DNA from: Camelus ferus
Taxonomy: Eukaryota
Reading direction: 5' to 3'
DNA length: 64,000 bases
Assembly: GCF_009834535.1 (NCBI RefSeq)
Contig: NC_045701.1
Location: forward strand, 26,536,001 to 26,600,000
This document shows positions 50,861-63,157 of this stretch, one piece after another. The notes beneath the pieces are model-generated. The model had not been told where the DNA came from, searched no databases, and worked only from the letters and a program-made list of their open reading frames with translations. Made by a program: the position numbers and the translations under genes. Positions within the stretch are counted from its first letter, which is position 1. Every line of letters starts with the position of its first letter.

Positions 50861-52651
50861 TTCAGTTTAAGTGATAGAAACCCGCTTTTTGTTTATTTGT
50901 TTGTTTGTTTTTTAGTATCTACTCAAAGATGTAACTAACTCATTGATAATTAATCATTCTTATACTTTTTGGTTAATAAATACTTACCTTGGAGAATCTG
51001 ATGGAAGCACCTGCCTCTCTTCCCATCAGAATGGACATACACGGCTAATTTTGTCAATAACTTTAAGAAGTCTGTGAAACTTCCCCAACCCCCCCCCATG
51101 TCCACATGAATCTCAGATTAAGAATCCCTGCAATCAGGAATATTAAATGTTTTTCTACTTTAGGAACGTAATCTACACTACTTGCTCTTGTTCCGCTGTT
51201 TGCACTTCTGAATGTGTTACTTGTTTCTGAGGTAGGGAAGCTATTTACTCTTTGTGTCAGGGTGCTTCCTATTTCTTCATTTTAATATGCCCCTAGACAC
51301 AGGCAGTCAGTTTGCAGAGATTAGCAGCAGAAACCCCTTCCTGGTAACTACACTTGGTAACTATACTTACAGGGTATAATTTTTCCTGAATTCATATTTC
51401 AAAAACTGTACTTAATGGCTCTGCCCAAAGCCACTGTGGAAATAGGGTCTTTAACCCAAAGTCCACATCTTTGCCCACTCAGAGGTCAACTGTCTGCTGT
51501 CCAGCAGGTTACTTCAGACAACTGGCGATGAAACAGTATCACTTTCATCATCTGAGCCCAACAGCACACCTGTATTTTTCTGTTTCCCTCCAAGTTCTTT
51601 AATGCTTTTGGCATTATATGAACTTTCCTAGGCTTGGCATGCTGCCAGGGCTCTGTGTCATGTGACCAAGGGCCGTCTTTAAAAAGAATGCACAAACCAC
51701 ACAATAGCACAATATAAACATTAATTATGGAAAGAGTCCCCCAAATGCCAGGAAAACAAATCGTTGAGCAACTACTGAGCAAACTATCTCACTGCCGAGA
51801 CTCAAACAAACAAAAGAATGATTAGCAAAAATGCATTACTAGGCCCACTTATATTTCACACAGTATTTGACAATCCATAGGGCCCACTTCTGTCTACGCA
51901 TAAATAAGATATACAATTTAATGGTTCTCTTTTATCTTACATATCATAGTGAATCTGTGAGAACACTGAACATCTTCAATCTATCTTTCAACTTCCGTAC
52001 ATTTACAGATAAGAATGAACAGAGATGTAATAGTTTTGATTTTATTCTATGAATATGTACTTTTGTGTTGCCTCTGATAGAGTGAAAAATATATAATCAA
52101 ATATAGAAAAACTGCTATTGTCATACACTAAGAAAGATTCTGAAGCTTATTAAAATATAATCAACTGCAGAACTGGCATTTTTGGTACTTGTTGAATCCA
52201 TTCCAAGGTATTTCAAGATCAGGGATTACTAGAAGAACCTCATCACAACCTACTTTTTCCAATAACTCAATCTTGAGGTAGAGAATATTGCATAAAAATG
52301 AAGCTACAATGCAAATTGAACATAGGTGAGTTTTATCATAGGCAGAAATTAAGGGGAAAAAGGCCAGTGTTATAACTAAACTCTGTGAAAAAAAAAAAAA
52401 AGAATTGTTTTTTAATCATTCAGCACTGATCCTTAAAAGAAGCCATTGCCTATAAGGTGATGATCAAACAGGTTTTGACAAAACCAGATATAGGCAATAC
52501 TGTGAGAAGCTGCATTTTCCTAAGAAACTATTTCCCCCTCTAATATTTCATAGCATTTTGCTCTTAGTTTTTAATATTATTTACAAAATTTAAGATTCAA
52601 TCAGCCAATTGACTTTTCTCATGTATAAAATGAGGGCAATAGTAATAACTA

Positions 52652-53072
52652 CAGGCATACCTTGGAGATATTGCCAGTTCAGTTTCAGACCACTGCAATA
52701 AAGTAAATATCACGATAAAGTGATTCAAACCAATTTTTTGGTTTCCCCAGTGCATATAAAAGTTATGTTTAAACTATACTGCAGTCTATTAAGTGTGCAC
52801 TAACACTATGTCCAAAAAATGCATATGCCTTAATTTTAAAATACTTTACTGCTAAAAAATGCTAACCATCACTGAAGCTTTTGATGAGTTGTAATCTTAT
52901 TGCAAATCTTATAAAGATCACTAATCACAAATCACCATAACAAATATAATAATGAAAAAGCTTAAAATATTGCAAGAATTACCAAAATGTGACATAGAGA
53001 TACAAAGTAAGCAAATGCTATTAGAAAAACTGTGCTAACAGACTTGCAGTTTTGCCGCAAACCTCGGTTTGT
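52652..53072 (-). mobile_element. Internally deleted Tigger1 (Tigger1a-like MITE), one TIR missing
   Basis: TA|caggcataccttggagatattg...cagaccactgcaataaag terminus joined to gatcactaatcacaaatcaccataac...gaattaccaaaatgtgac. Confidence 0.9.
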
Positions 53073-53074
53073 TT

Positions 53075-55218
53075 AGGGCAGGAGTGTTAGTAGGTAAGGC
53101 ATAGGTGATCTATTTAGAATAGTCAAACTGTTCTGTATGATACTGTAATGGTGGATGCATGACAAGATGTGTTTATCAAACCCCAAAGAAATTTGTAGCA
53201 CAAAAGTAAACTTTAATACATAAACATTTTTTTAAAAAAAATATTTAGAATGCTGGAGGTTCACAGGATGAAATGTAGAATGTGATCAAAAACTCTAACT
53301 GTATTACAAATATATGAAGCAACTTCACAGAAGGAGGTAATGTGGAAAGGTCATTACCTGTGTAACTGTGGAAATGAGTAGAGTCTGCATGACTAAAGGC
53401 AACAGAAATTGCACACAAGCACTGTAGTTTAGTTGATTAAGTTGCTTTCCATGGAAGTATGTATTAACAATTCTGCAACCACTACAGATAAGCAGGAGGT
53501 TGAGGCTAGAATGGTCCATGATGTAATGGATTAGAATTTAAAAACATCAGTATAAATTCATACTTAATTTAATATAGATACTATGGTTACATGTAAAAAT
53601 ATTTATAAACATGTGTATATACAGAGGTTAGTATACACATATGTTTCCTTGCTCTGTTGGCTAAGAGGGGCAAAACCAACAACACCTCAGTAGCAGTAAG
53701 CACACCTAACACTCAGATCTTTGTGTCTAATTCTCCCTTAAAAGGAACCAGGGATCCTAGAGAAATGGCTGAGATTAGGACTGAGGCAGGAAACATATGT
53801 GATGAACCGGAAGTATTTTGTAGTGTCAGAAAGTAAGCAAGTCCTCAAAAATAAAAAAGAAAAGAAACTCACAATAGTCAGGGCATGTTCAAGGGAACTG
53901 GGAGACAATCAGTAGAATTTCCTATTGCCAAAGGTGGAACAATTTAAGCAAGAAAATAAAGTAGTGTTAGATTACAATCAAAAGTATAAAGCAAATAGCC
54001 ATGAGTCCATACTAATATAACAAATGTTTGAATAAATAAATAAGTTGGGAAGAGCAGAAAAATTCTTCATGCAGAAAAATTCTAAATAATTTCTGTAGAT
54101 AGTCCACCCTCAATGAGGTTGAAAATAACTCCTTCCTCCTTAAATGTGGGCTGTACAGACTGATTTCCTTCCAGTATGGAAGGAGCTGGGGAGGGAGGGA
54201 AATTGTAAGTTGAGAGAACCGGCACACACTACCTTGGCCAGATGGTCAAGGTTAACATCAACAATTACATCATTTTGATAGCATGTACCCTTGATGTGAT
54301 ATAATGAGAATGATACTTAACTACTATCATCTTTCTCCCCAAACCCCTAACTTCAGTACAATCATGAGAAACATCAGAAAAATACAAACAGAGGGACAGG
54401 AACATTCTACAATCTCTATCTGACCATACTCCTTAAAACTGTCAAGATCATCAAAACAGAGTCTAAGAAACCTCTGTCACACCCAGAGGAGCCTAAGGAA
54501 ACACGACAACAAAATTTATTGTGTTATTCAGGATAGGATTCTGAAACAAAAAGGAGCATTAAAAAAAACTTAAGGATATCTGAAAGAGAAAGAAAAATAC
54601 CATATGATATCTCTTATATGCGGAATCTAAAAAAAAAACAAAAAAACAAAAAAAAATGAACTTATTTACAAAACAGAAACAGACTCACTGACATAGAAAA
54701 AAAACTTATGGTTACCAGGGGCAGAAGCGGGTGGGAAGGGATAAATTGGGAATTCAAGATTTGCAGATACTAACTGCAAAATATATACAAAATAGATAAA
54801 CAACAAGTTTATACTGTATAGCACAGGGAACTATATTTAATATCTTGCAGTAACCTATAATGAAAAAGAAAATGAAAACGAATATATGTATGCACATGTA
54901 TGACTGAGCTATTACGCAGTACACCAGAAATTGACACAATATTGTAAACTGACTATACCTTGAAAATTATTTTTAAAAAGCTTAAGGATATCTGAAATAA
55001 ATGATGAATTTTAGTTAATAATACGTCAATATTGGCTCATTAATTGTGATAAATGTACCATATTAATGTGCATGTACCAAATGTACCATTACAATGTACT
55101 TATTATTAAATATTAATAGATGGAACTGGGTGCAGGGTATATAGGAACTCTGTATTATCTTCTTACTCTTCTTGTAAACCTAAAACTATTCTAAAATTAA
55201 AAGTTTATTTTTTAAAAA
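53075..55218 (+). mobile_element. L1MC1-3-like 3' UTR interrupted by a younger L1
   Basis: gtcaaactgttctgtatgatactgtaatggtgg...aaaggaaccaggg...ggaactctgtattatc...gtaaacctaaaactattctaaaattaaaagtt. Confidence 0.85.
54586..54980 (+). mobile_element. 5'-truncated cetartiodactyl-type L1 3' end with 17-bp TSD
   Basis: gaaaaataccatatgatatctcttatatgcggaatct...gatttgcagatac...gcacagggaactatat; exact TSD cttaaggatatctgaaa at 54569-54585 and 54981-54997. Confidence 0.93.
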
Positions 55219-57047
55219 AGGATGTGGCATGGGTTCTTTCTCATAAGAAGTACTTGATAAATCTCAACTGTTATTACCTACATGATAAATACTACATTTT
55301 CTGGGATCTCTGTGGTCAAAGAGAAGTCAGATGGTTATTAGATATTTGAATAGAATATTAACTATAATATGAGTAATTCAGAAACTGAAAGGAACTGCTG
55401 AACCATGGATTAGCCAGATCACCAGTCTCCCATTTTGCCTGTGAGTCAACCATAGAATAGAGTCAAAATATGAGGTAGAAAAAAAGCAAGCCATACGTGA
55501 TTTCCCTTTTCTCATTACTAAGGAAAAGTGAACAGTATTGCCTCCTGTATTAAAAGCCTTGTATTGCTTTCAAGTTGATGGCACCCAATCCACTTTGAAG
55601 GCTGCCGCACAATCCTCTCAGTGCCATTTACATTTCAATAGTGAACTCCTAAAGCTCTAAAGACCCTTAAGATACAAGCAGGCATCCAATACTATTGAGG
55701 CTCAGAGAGGCTCTGGAAAAACATGAGAAGGATGAGAGAAGTGAATAAAAATGATAGAATATTTCATTGGAAGAGTAATTGAATTGTCTGCTTTAAAAAT
55801 ATTTACTCCTATACTTTGGCATTCATTTCTTTTCTCATCTTTCAAATAGATCCTTTTGAGAAACTCTTAGTTGTAGACAAAATTGTCAATTGACCATTCA
55901 TTTACAGTCAGCGTCACAAAGCAGGGGGGAAAAGTGTCGAAGTTTTATTTTCAGTTCATTTTACAAATTTAAGAGATTCACTCAAACTCCCAAAACTCTG
56001 CTTGAACCATGTAGACATAACTTCACCTCTGTATTCACTAAGCCTCATCCTGCCTTCATATGTGTTCTCTTTCTAGATAGGTTACAATTGCTAATATTTG
56101 CCTCCATCACCTCTAGTATCTCTTTCGATAAATAAGAAGTTAACAAACTCATGAGGACCTCTGGATTTAAAGGTTTCATTGCATTGTAAATAGAAAAGCA
56201 GGCACACAACCTTGTTTCTGCCATTGTCTGCCAAGTTCTATCTTATTTTAAAATGTTATGAATTAACCAAAACCACTGTCTATGTTTAATTTATTTTTAA
56301 TAAATACTAAATTCATCTATCAAAGATGAAGTTTAGAATATAAAAGGATCTGGCTTTTAATACTCTGAAAAGGAATCTGCCCACCAGTAAGTCCCTCTGA
56401 ATCATCCTCTCATCAGGATGGACACACAATAGTTTGCACACAACGTCTGCGCTGGCCAGTAAGATGCCCATGAATTATGAAGCCAGTCAAATTAGTCATA
56501 GGAAGGCTCTATTTGTCAGCACACAGGTCCCATTTTTAGAAGCACTTGCTTTGAACATGATGTCAATAAATCTTCTCCAAAGTGTAAATTTATACTAGAT
56601 TAAAGTATATTACCATCTCTTTCAGGAGTATTTACATTTTGATAGCAATGCCTAAAGATTAAGAAATTCCATAAAATTGAAAGGTGTATCTCTCTAATAG
56701 TGGAATTTTAGACTCTGTCAGATGATGGACAGAGAAGAAAGGAAAAATGCTTAGAAAGTGTTTTTGCTCAAAACCCCTTGAATCAAGGCAAACATGCAAC
56801 CTCCTATTCTACTGTCTCCCAACCATTTCCCACTTTACATAGTCTTTTGCTACATGAAATATTTGACTTTATCTATATTGTATTTATCTTCTAGAGTTTT
56901 AACAACATCAAATGACATTTTAAGAATAAAATTCATATATAATCCCATGTCAAACAAATCCCATGTCAAACAAAGATTTCCCAAGTGTTTTCACATAACT
57001 ATATTTCATTGTAACAAGTAAATTTACTTTCTATGTTTTACTCTTGC

Positions 57048-57582
57048 AAATGTATTCACTCATTCAGTAAACATTGGTTAAATGTCTACTATGTGCCAGG
57101 CATCATTCTAGGTGTTGGAATACATCATTGAACAAAACAACAAAATTCCTGCTTGTATGGAGCTACATTCTATTGGAGGAAAGATATAAACAAAAAGCGT
57201 AATACCTAAGAAATTGTATATGTTATTTTTCAAAATAATAAAGCAGAGTAAGGAGGGTTGGCAGTGAAGATTGAGGAGGAGGATAAAATTTAAAACAGTA
57301 TATCTGGGGTAGGCATCCTTAAAAAGTATGATTAGAACAAAGACTTGCAGGAGGTGTTAGACATGGATATTTAGTGGAAGAGATTTCCAAATAAAGCAAA
57401 TAGTCAGTGCCAATGAGCCGTTAATTAGGACTATGTTTTGCATGTCTGAGGAGCAGTAGAGAGGCCAGTGTGGCTGGGGCACAGTGAGTGATGGAGAGGA
57501 TACAAAAAAAGATGATATCTGAGAGATAATGAAGGTTAGAAAATATAAGACCTGGTAAGCTATTGTAAGGGCTTTGGCTTAA
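57048..57582 (-). mobile_element. L2a 3' region
   Basis: attcactcattcagtaaacatt...tactatgtgccaggcatcattctagg...gaggccagtgtggctgg. Confidence 0.88.
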
Positions 57583-57639
57583 CTATGTGATTTTGGGCAA
57601 GTCATTAACCATTATAGGCTCAGTCTTATCTGAGAAATG

Positions 57640-59275
57640 AGGAACAACAAACTGAAGAGAGACGTACAGCTAATAAACCAACAATGGAGAGAAAATTGAA
57701 AAATAAAAATTAATTAATATAAAGCAAAGCTAACAAAAGGAAAATGTAACAAAAAAAGATGGGACGAAGGAAGCACATTTATATAGTATGATAGCACATT
57801 TAAACTCAACCATAATGTAATGATAATTATATTAAGTGTAAATAGTCTAAATAATTCAATTAAAGAGCAGGTTGTCAGATGAATAAAAAACCAAGACCCA
57901 ACTGCATATGTCTATAAGAATCACACTTTAAATATAAATTTCAAAGTGGTTAAAAGTAAAAGGATGGAAAAAGATACAATCATGCTAAATCAAATAAAAA
58001 GAAAGTTGTGGCAGCTATCTTAATATCAGACAACATAGGTTTCAGAGTAAGGATTTAGGGGCAGATACAGCTAAGATTGCTGTATTTTATTGATGCATTG
58101 ACTCCTTTGTCAAACATTCACACCCATTCTTGATAAAAATGCTCAGCAAATTAAGAATAGAAAATGACTTCCCTAATTTGTTAAAAGGCATGTTTGAAAA
58201 ATCCACATCTAGCATCATATCTATTAGTGAAAGACCTTGTAAGATCAAGAACAAGGAAAGGATTCCCCCTCCCACTGCTTCTATTTACATTATACTGAAG
58301 GTCCTTGCTGATAAGGAAAGAAGGAAAAGAGAAAAGGCAGACATAATAGAAAGAAAAAAGCTTTCTTTGCAGAGAATATTATAGTTTATATAGAATATTT
58401 TAGTTGATATAATTTTTATTTAAATATATTAGCAATAAACAACTGGCAATTTCAGTTTGAAAAAATACTATTTACAGTGTCAGGAAACATGTGAAATACT
58501 TAGGGATAAATTTTATAAAAGATGTATAAGAATTATACACTGAAAACTATGAAATACTGCTGAGAAAAATTAACAATGATTAATAAGCACAGAGATACAT
58601 CATTCTTAAGATTAGAAGACTCAGTATTGTTAGTATGTCAATCCTCCCCAAACTGAGGCATAGATTCAATGCAATTCAACTCAAATTCCAGTAGGANNNN
58701 NNNNNNNNNNNNNNNNNNNNNNNNNNNNNNNNNNNNNNNNNNNNNNNNNNNNNNNNNNNNNNNNNNNNNNNNNNNNNNNNNNNNNNNNNNNNNNNNNNNN
58801 NNNNNNNNNNNNNNNNNNNNNNNNNNNNAACTGAAAATTACATTCACCCAAAAACATGTAGCAGCTTTGTTTATAACTGCCAAAAGCTAGAAGTACCCAA
58901 CTCAATAATAAACAATCCAACTAAAAATAGTCAAAAAAGAATAAAATTTAACAAAATAATAAATACAGATGTCAAATAAGCACATGAAAATATACTCAAT
59001 GTCATTAGTCATTAGGGAAATGGGAATTAAAGCCATAATCAGATACCACTACACACCTAGTGGAAAAGCTAAAATTACAAACACTGATATGGCTAAATGT
59101 TATCAACGAACTCACATACTTGGCTGGTGGAAATGTGAAACAATTAAGCTACTTTGGGAAACAGTTTGCAGTTTCTTAATAATGTTGCCGTAAACATTTG
59201 CTACAAGGATTTGTGTAGACATATGTTTTCATCTCTCTTGAGTAAATTCATAGAACTGGAATGGCCCAGAGGACT
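57640..59275 (+). mobile_element. Old L1 ORF2 remnant, deleted and rearranged (EN, RT, C-terminal pieces; last ~80 bp inverted)
   Basis: EN-like DNA (gtaaatagtctaaataattcaattaaagag, ccaagacccaactg); ORF 58130 (ENDFPNLLKG...); ORF 58969 (NKHMKIYSMSLVIREMGIKAIIRYHYTP). Confidence 0.9.
58697..58828. other. Assembly gap (132 N)
   Basis: Run of N. Confidence 0.99.
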
Positions 59276-59409
59276 TTCTAAGTAGAGGGTAATGATCCAC
59301 ATGATGGCAGTTTGAAGAAGGATACTTTCCCAGAAAGGAGGAGAGCTAAACAGTGAAAAGCAGGAAAGGCGACAGTGATACCTGCAAAACCAGCGATGAT
59401 AAGGACACT

Positions 59410-59790
59410 GATGTGGAGTGCTGGACAGGGAGCAGCTCTGGAGGTGGGCAACACAGAGGGTTTTATTCACTAATATAAACTAGAGGGTTATGGCCCTTGA
59501 CAGGGGCTGAGAGGCAGATCTGACTCAGCTAACTTGTGGGCCCACAGTCTTTCCAAAGCAGTTCTGGGCCAATAAGCAGTCTCATGCAACAAAAATGCAG
59601 GTACCCACAAAAGACATGAGAATTTATTCTCCAGGTTGGGGTACTCAACATCCCTCAATCGTAATGTGGTTCCAAGAGCTCTGGTTGCTAGAGGGAAGCC
59701 TTTCCAGGCTGAGCCGGTCCTAGGAGCCCAAGGACACACAAGAGCAGCGGATGGTGTGACAGAACTGGGCACATGTGGGAACCAGTAACT
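59410..59790 (-). mobile_element. Possible ancient LTR
   Basis: GC-richer block; minus strand ends aataaaaccctctgtgttgcccacctccagagctgctccctgtcc...ca, like an LTR R/U5. Confidence 0.35.
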
Positions 59791-60169
59791 CAACTGGCCA
59801 GAGTATATGGTGTGTGAGGAGGAAAATAAGATTGGAGAAGTAAACTGAGGCCAGATTCAGAGGGGCCCTGAATGTCTTCTTTATAATTCGAATTCTACTG
59901 TGTATTTGGTGCTTAATTCTAGAATTTCAGAGTTGGAAGAATAGAGAGCAACATTTTGTTAATAAATATATAATTGCATGGTTATAATATCATACAGTGA
60001 AGATAGCGGCATCTAATTATTTTTAGGGCTCACACTGCTGCTGGCATTCATTACAAGCTGGAAGTGCACTAACTTGTCTTTATTGTAGGGAATCACAAAG
60101 TGTGGCTCCAGCTTCTGTATGCCCCAGTACCTCATTACTACCTACAAATAATTTAAAAGAGAGAATTCA

Positions 60170-60600
60170 GTCCCTTCCATGCCTTTCCTCATACTGTTTC
60201 CTCTGCTAAGAATATTTCTCCCTCCATACTCACATCTTATGGTTTAGTGGTTAAGAAAACGGACTTCAGCGTCAGAGTATCTGGTAACATAAGAGCTCAG
60301 TAAATGTTAGCTGTTTCTATTAATACCCATCCTTCAAGCCCAAATGTCGATTCCGTGATATTTCTCCTTTTCACGCCCCGCATACCTCTTTCTCCCAAGC
60401 CATAAAGATTCTTTCCTTCTGAAAATCCATATCACTTTGCCAACATCTACTTTTTAGTTGGTACTCTACTAACTCGTGCACATTCAGTATCCCCCTTGCT
60501 AGACGGTGAGCTCCTTGAAAGCAGGTCCATATCCGTTCTGCCTTCATGTCCCCCACAGTGCTTGAGAGGATGCCTTACAGTAGGTATCATGGGTAGCATG
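60170..60600 (+). mobile_element. L2 3' region with a short MIR inserted (~60238-60320)
   Basis: ctagacggtgagctccttgaaagcagg...cccccacagtgc; MIR gtggttaagaaaacggactt...ctcagtaaatgttagctg. Confidence 0.7.
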
Positions 60601-61596
60601 TATTGATCATGATGTCATAAAAAAAAGTACCATTTAGCTTTTAAAGATATTTCCTACTCAGTGTAAAAGCTGAAATTTGGTTAACGTGTGAAAGTTAATA
60701 ATCATTACGAAAGTGCTTTTGAAAGTATCAAGGTATTAATATTTGAAACTAGTCTGCCCTCTCCATGCTGAGACAATCAAAAGGAACAATATACAAAGAA
60801 ACCTGCACGTCCATGCAGTGCGTGACAGCTATACTGATCCAGCAGAGATGACAAGGAAAAGCCACTTCATTCTGTTTTTGCTGAAGAAACAGATGACATT
60901 CATCAGCATAATTTTGTGAGATAATTTCAAGAATCCACATTCTTAAAGAAAGCCTTAGTAATTGCTTTTATTTATTCTAAATTACAAGAGGAAAAATTTA
61001 TTACTAATTCCTCAATTATTTCATTATGCAGCACTAATAAAGAAAAAAGTCCTGACATCTCCATTATGTTTAGAAAAATAACATGTAATTTAATAAATAA
61101 TTTTTGACTAAAGTGATTATTTACTTAATACATGGAACATGCAGAAGAAGCCTCAAATCATATTTTTCTGGTACTATATAATAAAGTAATTGTGCAATTA
61201 GTAATAAACAGAATGCAAGAATGACAAACGTTTTATTTAAAACTTGGGGAACAAAAGCACATCACTTGTGCTTTTTCCAAGCGAACAAAATCCTATGGTA
61301 TATTAATCAAAGGGGCTTTTTTATGCCTCTGGCAGCAGTGTTTTAAAGTAAACCCTTAATATCAGATCCCAACCCCCAGTTTCAATTTGCTTTCAATGGA
61401 AAGGACATTAGAGTTTATAAAATACTCCTTGATTACTTTTTTGAAGGCCTGAAATCTTGACATGCCCGTGACTTGCTCGCTCTGCATCAGTATACAGTGG
61501 TCGAAAGAGCAATACTCATCGTGAACATTGCCACATTGACTTACAGGATCACGCCCTTGAGAAAAAGCCAGAGAGAAAAAGGGAGCACCAGGCGGT

Positions 61597-61760
61597 NNNN
61601 NNNNNNNNNNNNNNNNNNNNNNNNNNNNNNNNNNNNNNNNNNNNNNNNNNNNNNNNNNNNNNNNNNNNNNNNNNNNNNNNNNNNNNNNNNNNNNNNNNNN
61701 NNNNNNNNNNNNNNNNNNNNNNNNNNNNNNNNNNNNNNNNNNNNNNNNNNNNNNNNNNNN
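61597..61760. other. Assembly gap (164 N)
   Basis: Run of N. Confidence 0.99.
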
Positions 61761-61874
61761 AGCACTCACAGAGGGAGGGGGTGCTTGAGCAAAGGAAATG
61801 AAGCTTTCTGTCCCAAGGCAACTGGAGACAAGGAATTTAAAATAGATTAAAATTAAAATTAAATAAATTATAAA

Positions 61875-62105
61875 AGGGATGAAATGGGAGTTCGAGATTT
61901 GCAGATACTACTATACATAAAAACGGATAGACAGGTTTCTACTGTATAGTGCAGGCGACTATATTCAATATCTTGTAGTAACCTATGATGAAAAAGAATA
62001 TGAAAAGGAATATATGTTTGTATATGTATGACTGAAATATTACACTGTACACTAGAAATTGACACAACATTGTAAATCGACTACACTTCAGAAAAAAAAA
62101 AAAAA
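61875..62105 (+). mobile_element. 5'-truncated cetartiodactyl-type L1 3' end with poly(A)
   Basis: gggagttcgagatttgcagatact...gaaattgacacaacattgtaaatcgactacacttcag(A)n; same family as 54586-54980. Confidence 0.9.
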
Positions 62106-62214
62106 CTATACAAAAACACAAACAAATTACAAATTAACTCCTAAGAATATCTTTTTTCTAGTAGCAGACATCATGGAGATTATTTTTGGTCTGGTTAGGG
62201 GTTATTTTAAGAGC

Positions 62215-62335
62215 TTCCTAGTGCTGTTTAAACCAGGTTCAAATACCAGTCTGCCCAGTTTGCAGCAAATTTGCCAAATTATGTAGCTTTCCTGAGCCTC
62301 AGTTTCCTCCTTTTCACACAATGGAAATGTGAAAT
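62215..62335 (+). mobile_element. MIR SINE
   Basis: ccaggttcaaataccag...ttcctgagcctcagtttcctc. Confidence 0.7.
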
Positions 62336-63095
62336 CAGAACTTGTCCTTTACCTCCTCCCTCATTTGCACCTGCTCTGTTTTCCTTATCCAATGTTCTGC
62401 TACTCCTTCTGTGTCCCCCTCATTTGAGAGTCTCCTAAAGCCTAAATCCATTAGATCAGATAACTTTACTGGCCAACTGTTAGCTGGTCTGAAAAAAGTA
62501 GCAGGTCCTTATGGGGATCAAGGGGAATTTTCAGGGAACTTCTCCCCCAAACCCCCCCCCCACACACACACACTGTCCTAATGGGATGCATATCAGCTTT
62601 CTCAGGGAAGGTAATTGTTCCTGAGGCTTTTTTTTTTTCATCCCTCCAATTATTCTAATAGTCAGTAGAATTTCACCTAGAAAAGGAGGAGCAAATGATG
62701 CCACATCCAAGCATTTAGGAGAGAAATTTGGAGAAGGCAAGGTCTTTTCCTTCTCTTGGTGTCACCCAACATAGATCTCTTTCAATCAAAATGGAATTAG
62801 GGAAATTATCTAAAAATGGAATAGGCTCAAATATCACACTCTGTAAAACACTGCTGACAAATATATTTTGTCCCTAGACCTCATTACAGATTCATGCTTA
62901 AAATATATAAAAAGACATCTTGAATATGGAAAGCAATAGAAAAGTATACTTTCAATTTATAGAAATTAAGTTTAGCTTCAGTCACAGGGAGTAATTAAGT
63001 CCCTAAAGTGATCATGAGAATAACAGTAATTTGAATTTTATTGTATTTTTTTTTTGTTAAAAAATCACATTTTCTGATCATTTAAGGTCATAATC

Positions 63096-63097
<2 letters not shown>

Positions 63098-63155
<58 letters not shown>
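63098..63155 (+). repeat. (TG)29 microsatellite
   Basis: Perfect dinucleotide run. Confidence 0.98.

Positions 63156-63157
<2 letters not shown>

Noticed and set aside
58638-58920. ORFs spanning the second gap
   Set aside because: Mostly X; flanks are degenerate L1 ORF2
58130-59193. ORFs of 84 and 74 aa as genes
   Set aside because: Decayed L1 reverse-transcriptase and C-terminal fragments
61362-61850. ORFs spanning the third gap
   Set aside because: Mostly X; cannot be supported as whole CDSs
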